From Candidatus Micrarchaeota archaeon (GTDB lineage: Archaea > Micrarchaeota > Micrarchaeia > Micrarchaeales > Micrarchaeaceae): 64,000 bases of DNA. Both the position numbers and the translations under genes were made by a program. The notes beneath the pieces are model-generated. The model ran no database searches, had not been told where the DNA came from, and was given only the letters and a program-made list of their open reading frames with translations. The stretch is from the NCBI GenBank assembly GCA_021827525.1, contig JAKAVJ010000013.1, positions 9,191-73,190 on the forward strand. Direction: 5' to 3'. This document shows positions 8,130 through 17,014 of the stretch, piece by piece; the stretch's first letter is position 1, and every line of letters begins with the position of its first letter.

Positions 8130-9776
8130 GTGAAAATAGCGCGCGCAAAAGTTAGTATGTATTATCTGCTGCTTGTTGCAATATTAGTTCTCGGATCGGC
8201 ATTGGCGATTGCACTTTATGCAGGACCTAATTACATGTATGACGACATATGGTATATAGAAGCGGCGCACCTGTTGGCACAGGGCAACAGCACCTTCATA
8301 CTATCTAAGTTCTCATTCGCATTCTTCAAAACGGTAATATTGGCGGTGTCATTCAAGGTTTTTGGGTATGGAAGCGTGCAGGCAATTCTACCCAATTTTG
8401 CATACTTTCTAGTAACCATATACTTAGTGTTTCTCATAGGCAAGCGCATGAACGGCTATGCGTTGGGATTGATAGCCGCATTCATCGCCGCGATAACCCC
8501 CTTCTTTGTAGCGCATGCCACTAGGGTGAACCCCGATGTTGACTTAGGAATGGTCCTTGCGCTCATATTATACCTTTTCTTCAGATATGTAGATACGTCA
8601 AAATCAAAACGGCATACTGGTTTGTATATGCCTTTTATGATAGGGCTTGCGACTTCATTTGCAGTATATTTTAAGATAGAGGGTTTTATTGTCATATTTG
8701 CTATGGTTGCATCTATCCTGGTTCTGTATATATACTTTAACACAAACGCTAAACGCGACATAAGGTATCGTAGGATTATGAACAAGCGGTTTATTGCATA
8801 TTCGGCGATTGGCCTAGTTGCGGGATTATCATTATACCTTTTGGTGTTTTACATATTCACCGGAAACCCTTTCTGGATTATTGGTGGCTATAATGGTGCC
8901 ATAACGCCTTCGGGTCTTAGTAGGCAAGCTATAATAGTGGGCTTACTCAATCCAAATACCCTGTACTTAAACAGTACCAACTTCGATCCAGACCTAGTCC
9001 CTCTCGGATTGGTGTATATCTTTGCAATTATAGGCACCCTACTAGGAGTGAAGAAACGCAATGCTGCGATATCGTTTATGAGCCTGATCACATGGATAAT
9101 ATTTCTCTACCTTTTTTTTGGGCCAGCATCACCATCACGATTTATAATCGTACCTACAGTAAGTAGGTTTTTTAGCTCTTTGATAGCACCTCTATCAATA
9201 CTCTCTGGTTATCTCGTATTATCAGTTTATAGGGGCGCCAATAGATATGTAGGCTCTAAGTGGAATTTGGGTCTGCTGCTATCCTTGCTTATGATAATCC
9301 TGCTGGTGGCTATAAACGTGCCTATGTATATCGGTTACCATGCATATGCATCTACAATACACAAAACTAGTAGATTATTTAGCAGCATTAACAGTGAACT
9401 ATTAAGGTTAGCCGCTGGCAGCAACATGACAGTATACCTGAATAATTCTGTTGGCTTCAGGCAGAATTTTAATTTAGGTATGCGATTTGTAAGCGGCTAT
9501 AGCAGATATGAAACCTTCTTTGATATCGCCGCTTCGGTTCAGAATGGTTTTACTGTATATGCATGCCCTAGCGTACTCCCATCACATGCATATCTAGTGG
9601 CTCTTACACCCATATATATGGCCGACAATTCTAGCGGTATCAGCAGCACCATAGAAAATTGGACTGGAAGCAACTGCACTCTAAACGAGGTCTGGAACTA
9701 TTCTGAGGAAAATAGATATTACATAGATATGTTGCCGCAAAGAGTAAGGATTTACAGCGTGACGGAAACACGATAG
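8130..9776 (+). CDS. Polytopic membrane protein, GT-C-type (PMT/ArnT-like) glycosyltransferase candidate
   Basis: 548 aa, GTG start, more than 10 predicted TM helices. The first extracytoplasmic loop carries the acidic motif YMYDDIWYIEAAHLLAQGN typical of GT-C enzymes. AT-richer than its neighbours. Confidence 0.45.
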   Translation: MKIARAKVSMYYLLLVAILVLGSALAIALYAGPNYMYDDIWYIEAAHLLAQGNSTFILSKFSFAFFKTVILAVSFKVFGYGSVQAILPNFAYFLVTIYLVFLIGKRMNGYALGLIAAFIAAITPFFVAHATRVNPDVDLGMVLALILYLFFRYVDTSKSKRHTGLYMPFMIGLATSFAVYFKIEGFIVIFAMVASILVLYIYFNTNAKRDIRYRRIMNKRFIAYSAIGLVAGLSLYLLVFYIFTGNPFWIIGGYNGAITPSGLSRQAIIVGLLNPNTLYLNSTNFDPDLVPLGLVYIFAIIGTLLGVKKRNAAISFMSLITWIIFLYLFFGPASPSRFIIVPTVSRFFSSLIAPLSILSGYLVLSVYRGANRYVGSKWNLGLLLSLLMIILLVAINVPMYIGYHAYASTIHKTSRLFSSINSELLRLAAGSNMTVYLNNSVGFRQNFNLGMRFVSGYSRYETFFDIAASVQNGFTVYACPSVLPSHAYLVALTPIYMADNSSGISSTIENWTGSNCTLNEVWNYSEENRYYIDMLPQRVRIYSVTETR

Positions 9777-9818
9777 ATGTATAACACCACGCAGGCACGC
9801 ATCGCAGATTGGTGGTCA

Positions 9819-9836
9819 TTGCATTTGCTCTGGTCG
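9819..9836. repeat. Direct repeat copy (TTGCATTTGCTCTGGTCG) of the tRNA-Glu 3' end plus flank; candidate distal att site
   Basis: 17/18 identity, with 14 exact (ATTTGCTCTGGTCG), to 12454..12471. That copy covers the last 11 nt of tRNA-Glu and 7 nt of 3' flank. Same orientation. Confidence 0.4.
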
Positions 9837-10272
9837 CCTCAACAACAGAAATAGCATTCACCTATGTCATACAGCGCAATATATTTCACTGGTATATAGA
9901 GTATTTACCATCATGGCTTTGTTGGAAATAGACATTTGAGTTTCAAGCATGTTAGGGTTTCGTCCGTAAGATATGATTTTAGCTGTTGAATTTTCCTATA
10001 TAATACGTATTTTACCTTTTTGCTATCTTCTTACTACTTCGCAATACTGTACATTCATGTACATCTTATCCAATATGCAATAAAGCAGGAAAATGCACCA
10101 GCGTCAGTCAGCTTCTGGTTCTTATATTTTAGGTTGCTTATCTTTCAATGATCGTCTTGCCGGTATAAGTAGACTTTATAGCCGAAAGGGAGAGGCCTGC
10201 TTTACATGCAATCCTTATTTATATCCATGGATGTATATTTAAAAATTCAATAACCCAATAAATCATGATTTA

Positions 10273-12426
10273 ATGCAATATAAGACGCAATCCAAATCAA
10301 ATAATAAATACTTTTATCAGTTGCTTTTAGTCTTCTTATTTGCATTTCTAATTTTGTCAAACGTTTCTTATGCTTCTGGGGCCGCGGCTCCCTACGATGA
10401 GCAATTAGGTATGACGCTAGTTGATAATTATACTGCTCTGGGATATAACGTAACCGCGGTAGCGCAGACATCAGGCACGAGTGGAACTGGACCAGGCTAT
10501 CTGCTAAATGGTTATTCCAATACAGGCTACTGGTACCAGGTGGGGTTATCATGGAATTGGGCGACGTTCTTTGGATATAGTCCTAACCAATTTTTGCTAT
10601 CTTATGAGGTATTTGCACCAAACGGCACATCAATTTATCCCTCCAATGGCGGCACAGGTTTACTTAACCTCTCTGGACCAGTCAATGAAGGGAATATTGT
10701 ACTGCTAAACTTATATCTTGAAAATAATACAGTGATATTTCTTGTAAAAGACTGGAATACTGGCGCTGAGGGTGTTACAACATTTCCAGCCTATGGGGCT
10801 ACGGAATTTGTAGGCAATCCTTATTCTGCTAATACTAACGGCTTTTTTACTGGACTAATGACAGAATGGTATGGTAATGATTCCAGTTTTCCTATACAGC
10901 AAAAGGTGACCTATTCGCCTTATGGAACCATTACATCGCCAGCATGGCTATGGGCTGATGAGTTCTATTGTGTCCAGCCTTGTTACCAAAAACAAGTAAT
11001 ATCATATAATTCAAGTAGCTCGCCGCTTTACCCCACGTCGTCGCATTACTTCACTTTGACCCCTGGTTCTACGGAGGAATATACTTATGGAGCAGTATTT
11101 ATTACTGGGACTACACCGCCTGCGCCATTTTATCTGTTATCTTCTAATATTAATAACTTAGAAGCCGATGAGGGAAGCACTTTGAATTATCTAGTAAACG
11201 TATCTGTTGCCGGTGGGACGCCGCCGTACAAATACAAGATAAATGTAGATGGCATTCCTAATCTAGTCCAGCCAGTAGTATCAAATCAGACTTCAGTAAC
11301 TATGGATTTAAATCTTACAACTGCTTGCATGAAATCCCATTATAATAATTCGTTAATCTGTTCCATAACTCCAGGTTCTTATTACTATAATGTCACAGCG
11401 ACAGACAATGAGGGGCAGACGGTAACAAGTCCACGCGCTCTAATTCAGTTAAACAATCCACCACAGATAACACTTAATATTCCAAAAACTACTATTGATG
11501 CAGGACAAGTATTAGATGCAGCTTATAATGTCACAGGAGGATCTGCGCCTTTTAATGTTTCATATTTCATAGATGGAAAAGGCATAGGAAAAAGCTTAGT
11601 AATACTAGAACCTGGTAATTATTCATTATATGCCGAAGTAACAGATGCTTTCGGAAAAACAGCAACTTCTCCTCAAGTGAATATTGTAGTCAATCGACAG
11701 CCTAGCATTTATGTCAATTATAGTAGCACTACCACGGACGTGAATACGCCACTGAACTTATATGCCAATGCTAGTGGTGGGACGCCGCCGTATAGCTATG
11801 CCTGGTATGTGAATAAACAACTGGTTGGTAGAGGTAGAACATATACATTTTCAGAAAACCAAGCAGGAACCTACATTATATATGCGAGCTTAACTGATGT
11901 AGCTGATTATGTGGTTAATTCATCTCGAACAACTTTGACCGTAAATGCGCGACCGGTCATAAGTACATTCAGAGTGATCCCTGCCTCAAGCTCATCCTTT
12001 GATGTAAATAATAGTGCAAGTGGGGCAGTGAATATAGCGGGTGGGACGCCGCCGTATAGCTATGCCTGGTATGTGAACGGGGTTCTGCAACCAAATTCCA
12101 ATAGCTCTAGCTATATTTTTGAGTCATTGAAAACAGGCGCGAATAATGTAAGCGTAACTGCTATAGACGCATATGGCAATGTAGTACGGGATAGCTTTAT
12201 TGTTGAAACAAGCCATAACTATTCGACTCTAGACGGTATTGTAGTATTAGTAGTGGTTATTGGTTTAATTGTATATTTGCTATATCGTAAAAGGGCCAAA
12301 CCAATCAAAGAAAAGAAACTGGTATCAAAAGTCAGTAGTAAATATCTGAATGTACTAAAGACGAGATATGCAAAAGGCGAAATAACAAAGAAGCAATATG
12401 ACAAACTACGAAAGGATTTAGAATAA
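10273..12426 (+). CDS. Secreted, membrane-anchored multidomain protein: thermopsin/G1-like acid-peptidase-fold domain, repeated PKD/Ig-like modules, TM anchor, cytoplasmic SHOCT tail
   Basis: Signal peptide LLLVFLFAFLILSNVSYASG. N-terminal domain with YWYQVGLSW and GLMTEWYG, at positions that parallel the Gln/Glu of the G1/thermopsin fold. Recurring GGTPPY(S/K)Y(A/K)W modules about every 90 aa. TM IVVLVVVIGLIVYLLY. C-terminal RYAKGEITKKQYDKLRKDLE matches the SHOCT pattern. Many N-x-S/T sequons. Confidence 0.55.
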   Translation: MQYKTQSKSNNKYFYQLLLVFLFAFLILSNVSYASGAAAPYDEQLGMTLVDNYTALGYNVTAVAQTSGTSGTGPGYLLNGYSNTGYWYQVGLSWNWATFFGYSPNQFLLSYEVFAPNGTSIYPSNGGTGLLNLSGPVNEGNIVLLNLYLENNTVIFLVKDWNTGAEGVTTFPAYGATEFVGNPYSANTNGFFTGLMTEWYGNDSSFPIQQKVTYSPYGTITSPAWLWADEFYCVQPCYQKQVISYNSSSSPLYPTSSHYFTLTPGSTEEYTYGAVFITGTTPPAPFYLLSSNINNLEADEGSTLNYLVNVSVAGGTPPYKYKINVDGIPNLVQPVVSNQTSVTMDLNLTTACMKSHYNNSLICSITPGSYYYNVTATDNEGQTVTSPRALIQLNNPPQITLNIPKTTIDAGQVLDAAYNVTGGSAPFNVSYFIDGKGIGKSLVILEPGNYSLYAEVTDAFGKTATSPQVNIVVNRQPSIYVNYSSTTTDVNTPLNLYANASGGTPPYSYAWYVNKQLVGRGRTYTFSENQAGTYIIYASLTDVADYVVNSSRTTLTVNARPVISTFRVIPASSSSFDVNNSASGAVNIAGGTPPYSYAWYVNGVLQPNSNSSSYIFESLKTGANNVSVTAIDAYGNVVRDSFIVETSHNYSTLDGIVVLVVVIGLIVYLLYRKRAKPIKEKKLVSKVSSKYLNVLKTRYAKGEITKKQYDKLRKDLE

Positions 12427-12453
12427 GGGAATTGCACACGCCTTCCTCGCAAA

Positions 12454-12471
12454 TTGTATTTGCTCTGGTCG
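12454..12471. repeat. Direct repeat copy overlapping the 3' end of tRNA-Glu (proximal att-like site)
   Basis: TTGTATTTGCTCTGGTCG; partner at 9819..9836. Confidence 0.4.
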
Positions 12472-12535
12472 GGATTTGAACCCGAGTTTCGGCCTTGAGA
12501 GGGCCGCGTCCTTGACCGGGCTAGACGATCAGAGC
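12461..12535 (-). tRNA. tRNA-Glu(CUC)
   Basis: 75-nt cloverleaf on the minus strand. Acceptor GCTCTGA/CCAGAGC with one terminal A.C mismatch; D stem GTCT/GGAC; anticodon arm CGGCC-CTCTCAA-GGCCG; T arm TCGGG-TTCAAAT-CCCGA; discriminator A. Confidence 0.85.
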
Positions 12536-12580
12536 ACTTACGGCGCGCTTTCCTGCGCGAATCTATGTTGTCTATTGGGA

Positions 12581-13372
12581 TTAAAGCCTTATTATTCTTT
12601 TTGCTGTCCTTGCGTTTAGTGAGTCCTCGTCAAGCTTCCATTCTATGAAGCCCAGAGGGTGCATGCCGGAATTGCCTGTGAACTTGCTAAGCCTCCCCAG
12701 CACCTCCTCCTTAACCGCCTCGTCCTCTTCGGGCTTGATTATGCCATGCTCTATTTCCTGCATCTGCTTGCCCACATTGTATATTGATTTGCTTAGGGTA
12801 GAGAAATCCTCGGCATTCATGTTTTTGATGGCTATTGATCTCTGCATCACTTCGAGTCTCTTTGAAGCCTCCAAGCAAGAGTATAGGAAGTCGAAGGGTT
12901 TTTTGTACAGGCCCATCTTTATTCTTGATACTGTCTTATTCATCGGTTCTTTGCGTTCCTGCATTATGATCGGCATTGTTAGAAGGTTGGATGATTTCTC
13001 GGGCCTTTTCCACCGCTTTTTGGGGCCATCATACTCGGCGAGTATTGCTTCTTTGACTTTGGCATCGAGATTCTGGCAAAGGCCGACATATGAGGATGTA
13101 GCTGCGGATATTATGTAGTACAGGTCGCTCGGTCCGATCTCCCTACCCTCCTTCAGCGTCGAAAGCACATTGCCTAGAACCCGTGCGGACCTCTTCGCCT
13201 TGCCTATGTATGTATCGACCTTTTCAGTATCCTCGCCTGCCTTTGAGATGGTATACGTGAGGGCGTACAACAACGCCTTTATCGGGAGTGAATTCATCCT
13301 GCATTGTATTTCCTTGGTCTTGTACTTGAAGCGGGGTTTCTTGGCTACGCTTTTTATTCTCTGCTGCGGCAT
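12581..13372 (-). CDS. Hypothetical protein, possibly the detached C-terminal part of a DUF460/COG2433-type protein
   Basis: 263-aa basic, helical ORF that starts 13 nt after the stop of the RNase H-fold ORF upstream. I recognise no motif in it. Confidence 0.4.
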   Translation of the reverse strand: MPQQRIKSVAKKPRFKYKTKEIQCRMNSLPIKALLYALTYTISKAGEDTEKVDTYIGKAKRSARVLGNVLSTLKEGREIGPSDLYYIISAATSSYVGLCQNLDAKVKEAILAEYDGPKKRWKRPEKSSNLLTMPIIMQERKEPMNKTVSRIKMGLYKKPFDFLYSCLEASKRLEVMQRSIAIKNMNAEDFSTLSKSIYNVGKQMQEIEHGIIKPEEDEAVKEEVLGRLSKFTGNSGMHPLGFIEWKLDEDSLNARTAKRIIRL

Positions 13373-13384
13373 CAGGTCACCAGT

Positions 13385-13858
13385 TCATCTCCTGTTGGAT
13401 TTTTTGTTTAGCATCGCTTCACTTATCGAGTATTTAGCTATTACCTTCGCCTTTATCAAATCGGTGCTGCTGATGCCTGCAGCGCGGCTCTTATGCTCTG
13501 CCTGCTTAAGCTTACTGGAATAGGTATTGTAAGCCTTCACTGCTGCAGCATATGCATCGAGCTCATGCTGGTTGTAGATGTTAGCGCCCTTTACCAGGAG
13601 TCGTTTCTCTTCGACTGTCAGATCCTTTTCTGGTGCAAAGATCCTTGAGCTGAATATGGCGTTTATCTTCCTGATCTCCTCGCCAATCTTCTTTTTATCT
13701 GTAGCTATTATTGACGGGGTACCATGTTTTTCTATAGTGCTTACAACCCATCCATCGTCGGCGAATTTCTTATGGGCGCAGCCGAGAAATCGGCCGTCAA
13801 GGCTTATGCATGCTACTGCAATAGTCTTCCCAGGATCTATCCCAACTATCATATGCAC
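13385..13858 (-). CDS. RNase H-fold (RuvC/YqgF-like) putative nuclease, DUF460/COG2433 N-terminal domain
   Basis: IVGIDPGKTIAVACISLDG ... PSIIATDK ... NQHELDAYAAAVKAYN matches the pattern I recall for the DUF460 family (GiDPG ... iAtD ... HerDAlAAA). Confidence 0.55.
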   Translation of the reverse strand: MHMIVGIDPGKTIAVACISLDGRFLGCAHKKFADDGWVVSTIEKHGTPSIIATDKKKIGEEIRKINAIFSSRIFAPEKDLTVEEKRLLVKGANIYNQHELDAYAAAVKAYNTYSSKLKQAEHKSRAAGISSTDLIKAKVIAKYSISEAMLNKKSNRR

Positions 13859-13866
13859 CGATACAC

Positions 13867-14955
13867 CTACTTCGTCTTGTTAATCGTGCTGAGCGTGTAG
13901 TTTATAGCCGAATCTAGGGTCTGCGGCAGTGTCTGGTACTTGCAGTTAACTATGAATGTCGGCAGCACGTTTATGTTGTACAATGACGCGAACTGTGACT
14001 GCGCGTCAAGAGGCTCGGATACGCTAGCGAGACAGTTGTCAAAGCTGGTCGTGTTGATGCCTGATGCCTGCACTACGCTGTACAGCACACTGCTGGATTG
14101 TGGAATAGATGTATCCACGGTGCTCAGATCGTCTATGAACTGCCCGAACTGCGGCTGGTGGGATGCACACACGAGATAATCGCCGAGGCGCTGCGTCGCA
14201 GCTACCCCGTACTGCTTGTAAAGGTTTATTGAGTAATCCGAGAATATGAAATAGTAATTCATGTTTATCTTGCCGGAATATTGAGAGGATGTGTTCATAG
14301 CCCTTTTTATTGCAGCTATGGTCCCTGGCGCGTATGGGTCGGTGATAAGGTATACAGGGATTGGCGTGGAGTAGTTGCACAGATACTTGTTGGTCAGGTC
14401 CACAGTGCCGAAAGAAACGGTAGAGTAATTGCTCAACATAGCGGGCTTTGCTGTAGACAGGAAGACGTTATCAAGGCTCAGGTTCTTGTATAGAAGGATG
14501 GATATGTTGTATTCGGTATTGTTCTCAAACGGGTCCAGGTATGGGATTGTCACAAGCCAGGTGCCGTTGGCCTGCATATAGTATGCATGTGATTTGTTCA
14601 TAAGAGAGTAGTATGGCAGTATTGATAGGGCAGAGCTGAAATTCTGGTAGCCTGCGAGCACCCTACCAGCAGCAGCTATAACGTTAGCTTGTGCAGTCGC
14701 ATTCTGCGAAGGCGAAGGCGCGCAGGTGTTATTCACTATGCCGTACTGGCAGTTTTCCAGCACCACCCCCTGCTTGAACACAGACAGTGCAAATGCAACT
14801 ACGACAAGCAGTATTACCAAAGCTATCAGGGTTATGTGCAGGTAGTCCAATCCGCCCATTCGTGAAGCACGTTTCACTATGAACACGGGTTCGCCTTTGG
14901 GCCCTGTGATGGCCTTTTTCGTTGTTCCACGTCTATTGTTCGCCATTGATTTCAC
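13867..14955 (-). CDS. Membrane-anchored extracellular protein with a DsbA-like thioredoxin-fold domain lacking the CxxC pair
   Basis: N-terminal anchor HITLIALVILLVVVAFALSVF. The C-terminal half follows the DsbA/Thioredoxin_4 layout (…VYLITDPYAPGT… / …LVCASHQPQFGQFIDDL… / …INVLPTFIVNCKY…), but DPYAPGT replaces the D-F-x-C-P-x-C active site. Confidence 0.5.
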   Translation of the reverse strand: MKSMANNRRGTTKKAITGPKGEPVFIVKRASRMGGLDYLHITLIALVILLVVVAFALSVFKQGVVLENCQYGIVNNTCAPSPSQNATAQANVIAAAGRVLAGYQNFSSALSILPYYSLMNKSHAYYMQANGTWLVTIPYLDPFENNTEYNISILLYKNLSLDNVFLSTAKPAMLSNYSTVSFGTVDLTNKYLCNYSTPIPVYLITDPYAPGTIAAIKRAMNTSSQYSGKINMNYYFIFSDYSINLYKQYGVAATQRLGDYLVCASHQPQFGQFIDDLSTVDTSIPQSSSVLYSVVQASGINTTSFDNCLASVSEPLDAQSQFASLYNINVLPTFIVNCKYQTLPQTLDSAINYTLSTINKTK

Positions 14956-14965
14956 CGCTTTAAGG

Positions 14966-15065
14966 CGGGCCTGGTGGGATTTTCACCGCCCTGCTAGGGG
15001 CAAATTTGAACCCACGACCTTCATCTTAGGAGGATGCCGCTCTATCCAAGCTGAGCTACAGGCCC
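14966..15065 (-). tRNA. tRNA-Arg(CCU) interrupted by a ~25-nt intron inside the T-loop (intron ~14980..15004)
   Basis: Minus strand: acceptor GGGCCTG/CAGGCCC; D arm GCTC-AGCTTGGATA-GAGC; anticodon arm GCATC-CTCCTAA-GATGA; T stem GTGGG/CCCAC joined only after intron removal (loop TTCAAAT). Same TTCA/TGAA central helix and AAN bulges as the tRNA-Ala intron. Confidence 0.8.
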
Positions 15066-15132
15066 ACCATTATTACTTAGAGTTATTGCAATCAAGTGTT
15101 TTTATTTGTTTCCGTCAATAGCCTTTAGCCAA

Positions 15133-17010
15133 TCACATCCTCTCCAGCGGCGTTATGCCGAGGGTCTTTAGAACTCCGCCCATCATCTCCTTGAAGGCCA
15201 TCACCAGAAGCAGCCTTGCTCTGCGCGTCTTCTCATCGGCCTTGAATATAGGTGAGCTCTCATAGAATTTGCTGAACGCCTGGGCGAGGTCATTTGCATA
15301 GTCGGTAAGAACATTGGGCCGCAGCTCGCGATACGATTTCTCTAGCATATACCTGCCAAGCATTAGCTGCTTCACTAGATCGAATTCCTGTTCGCTGGTC
15401 AATCCGCTGAAGTCGGCATCAGACGCCCGGAGCTGTTCGGCCTTTGAGTCCTCTATCAGCCTCGAAGCACGAGCATGCATGTACTGGCAGTATGGCCCCG
15501 AGTTGCCCTCGAAATTCAGCGCCCTTGACCAAGAGAATATTATGCGCTTTTCCGGAGATATCTTGAGGAACTCGAATTTTATGCCAGAAAGAGCTATGTT
15601 CTTTATTATGTACTCCTGCTCCTCCCTGTCCTTTACAAGCCTGTTGCTCATCAGCGCCGCAGCCTTCTTCTTGCTTTCTTCGAGCAGCTCGTCCGCAGTA
15701 AAACCTATCCATGTGCCCTTCCTGCCGGCAAGATGGCCCGTTTCAAGGTCCACCACGCCATATGCCACGTGCATCAGGTCCTTGCCCCTGCTGCCTTCCA
15801 TTTTCATTATGGAGAATTTCACCGCGGCCTGCTCGTTGCTCTGCCTGACGTCGATGGTATTTATCGCTTTGTTCATGTTGCCGAAGTCTTTGCTGTCGCC
15901 CTGCTGCGATGTTATGTACAATGCCTTGCCGTTGGGCTGCACGGTAAATATGGAATACCTGAATGGATTCTTCAAGAGGCCGAACTTCCACATGTGAAAC
16001 GCTATGTCCTTGGCCACATAAGTGGGCACGCCGTTGCTCCTTACCAGCACTTTCACTTTCTCCTTCGCATTGGAGATTTCCTTAGGCAAGCCCTCTATCC
16101 CGGTAAAATCGATCACAGTGCAATTCTCATACTTGCCTGTGCCCTCGCTTATAACTCCTTTTTCGCGCAGCACGGCAATGGCCTTGTCGAGCAGGCGCTC
16201 GCGCACTATATCCGATTCCCTTATCAGTACATCGTGGTATATGCCGTAATCGAATGAGGTCAGGTAATATGCCTCCACGCATTTGCCAGTAACATCCCTT
16301 GCAATCTTGGCCTCTTCGGTGCTATTATCTTCTATCTTCACTACGGCCTCGTTTATCATCTTGCTTATCCTTTCGTCCTTGGCCTTGGCATTCACTTCAA
16401 CATAGATATTGCCGAGCCAGTGATCGAATTTGCCTTCCTGCTTCTTTGCTGTGTCTATTATCTCAGGATGCATATACCCCCATACCGCCTGTGTCGCCTG
16501 AAGGCCGAGATCGTCTATGTAGTCCTCCCGCTCGACATATGCGCCGCAGCTCTCATGTATGTTTGCTATGGTATCGCCGAGCAATGCGCTTCGCAGATGC
16601 CCTATGTGCCATGGGTGTGCAGGATTGACACTGGGGTATTCAATTATCGCCCTGTCTGCCCCTGCTATGTCCGACCTCAGGCATCCCTCCTTTGCGGCCA
16701 GTATGCCAGATATTGCATCTTTTGCAACCATGCCCCTATCCAGTGTGAAGTTTATGAACCCTCCTTTTTGCTCTATCGAGCCCACATATTGTGGCCTTTT
16801 CATTGCAGCTATTATAGAATTTGCTACGTCTTCTGGGTTTCTCCCCTCCCGCTTGCCTATGCTCAACGCTATTGAGCAGGATATATCGCCGAAACCCTTT
16901 GACATGCCTATGCTGTTGTAAAGGTCTGCATCAGGAACGGCATTCCCCTTTATCGAATCGCGCAAAGAGCTGGCGATGCTTTCCTTTATAGCTATGTAAT
17001 CGAGTGGCAT
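15133..17010 (-). CDS. argS: Arginyl-tRNA synthetase
   Basis: 625 aa. HIGH-type motif PAHPWHIGHLRSALLGD, a DALR anticodon-binding C-terminus, and the characteristic C-terminal ...PLERM. Confidence 0.93.
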   Translation of the reverse strand: MPLDYIAIKESIASSLRDSIKGNAVPDADLYNSIGMSKGFGDISCSIALSIGKREGRNPEDVANSIIAAMKRPQYVGSIEQKGGFINFTLDRGMVAKDAISGILAAKEGCLRSDIAGADRAIIEYPSVNPAHPWHIGHLRSALLGDTIANIHESCGAYVEREDYIDDLGLQATQAVWGYMHPEIIDTAKKQEGKFDHWLGNIYVEVNAKAKDERISKMINEAVVKIEDNSTEEAKIARDVTGKCVEAYYLTSFDYGIYHDVLIRESDIVRERLLDKAIAVLREKGVISEGTGKYENCTVIDFTGIEGLPKEISNAKEKVKVLVRSNGVPTYVAKDIAFHMWKFGLLKNPFRYSIFTVQPNGKALYITSQQGDSKDFGNMNKAINTIDVRQSNEQAAVKFSIMKMEGSRGKDLMHVAYGVVDLETGHLAGRKGTWIGFTADELLEESKKKAAALMSNRLVKDREEQEYIIKNIALSGIKFEFLKISPEKRIIFSWSRALNFEGNSGPYCQYMHARASRLIEDSKAEQLRASDADFSGLTSEQEFDLVKQLMLGRYMLEKSYRELRPNVLTDYANDLAQAFSKFYESSPIFKADEKTRRARLLLVMAFKEMMGGVLKTLGITPLERM

Positions 17011-17014
17011 TGAC

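Noticed and set aside
10048-10063. TGTACA-TTCA-TGTACA inverted/direct hexamer pair in the AT-rich spacer
   Set aside because: Short, self-complementary hexamers are expected by chance in AT-rich DNA, and there is no associated gene start or second copy.
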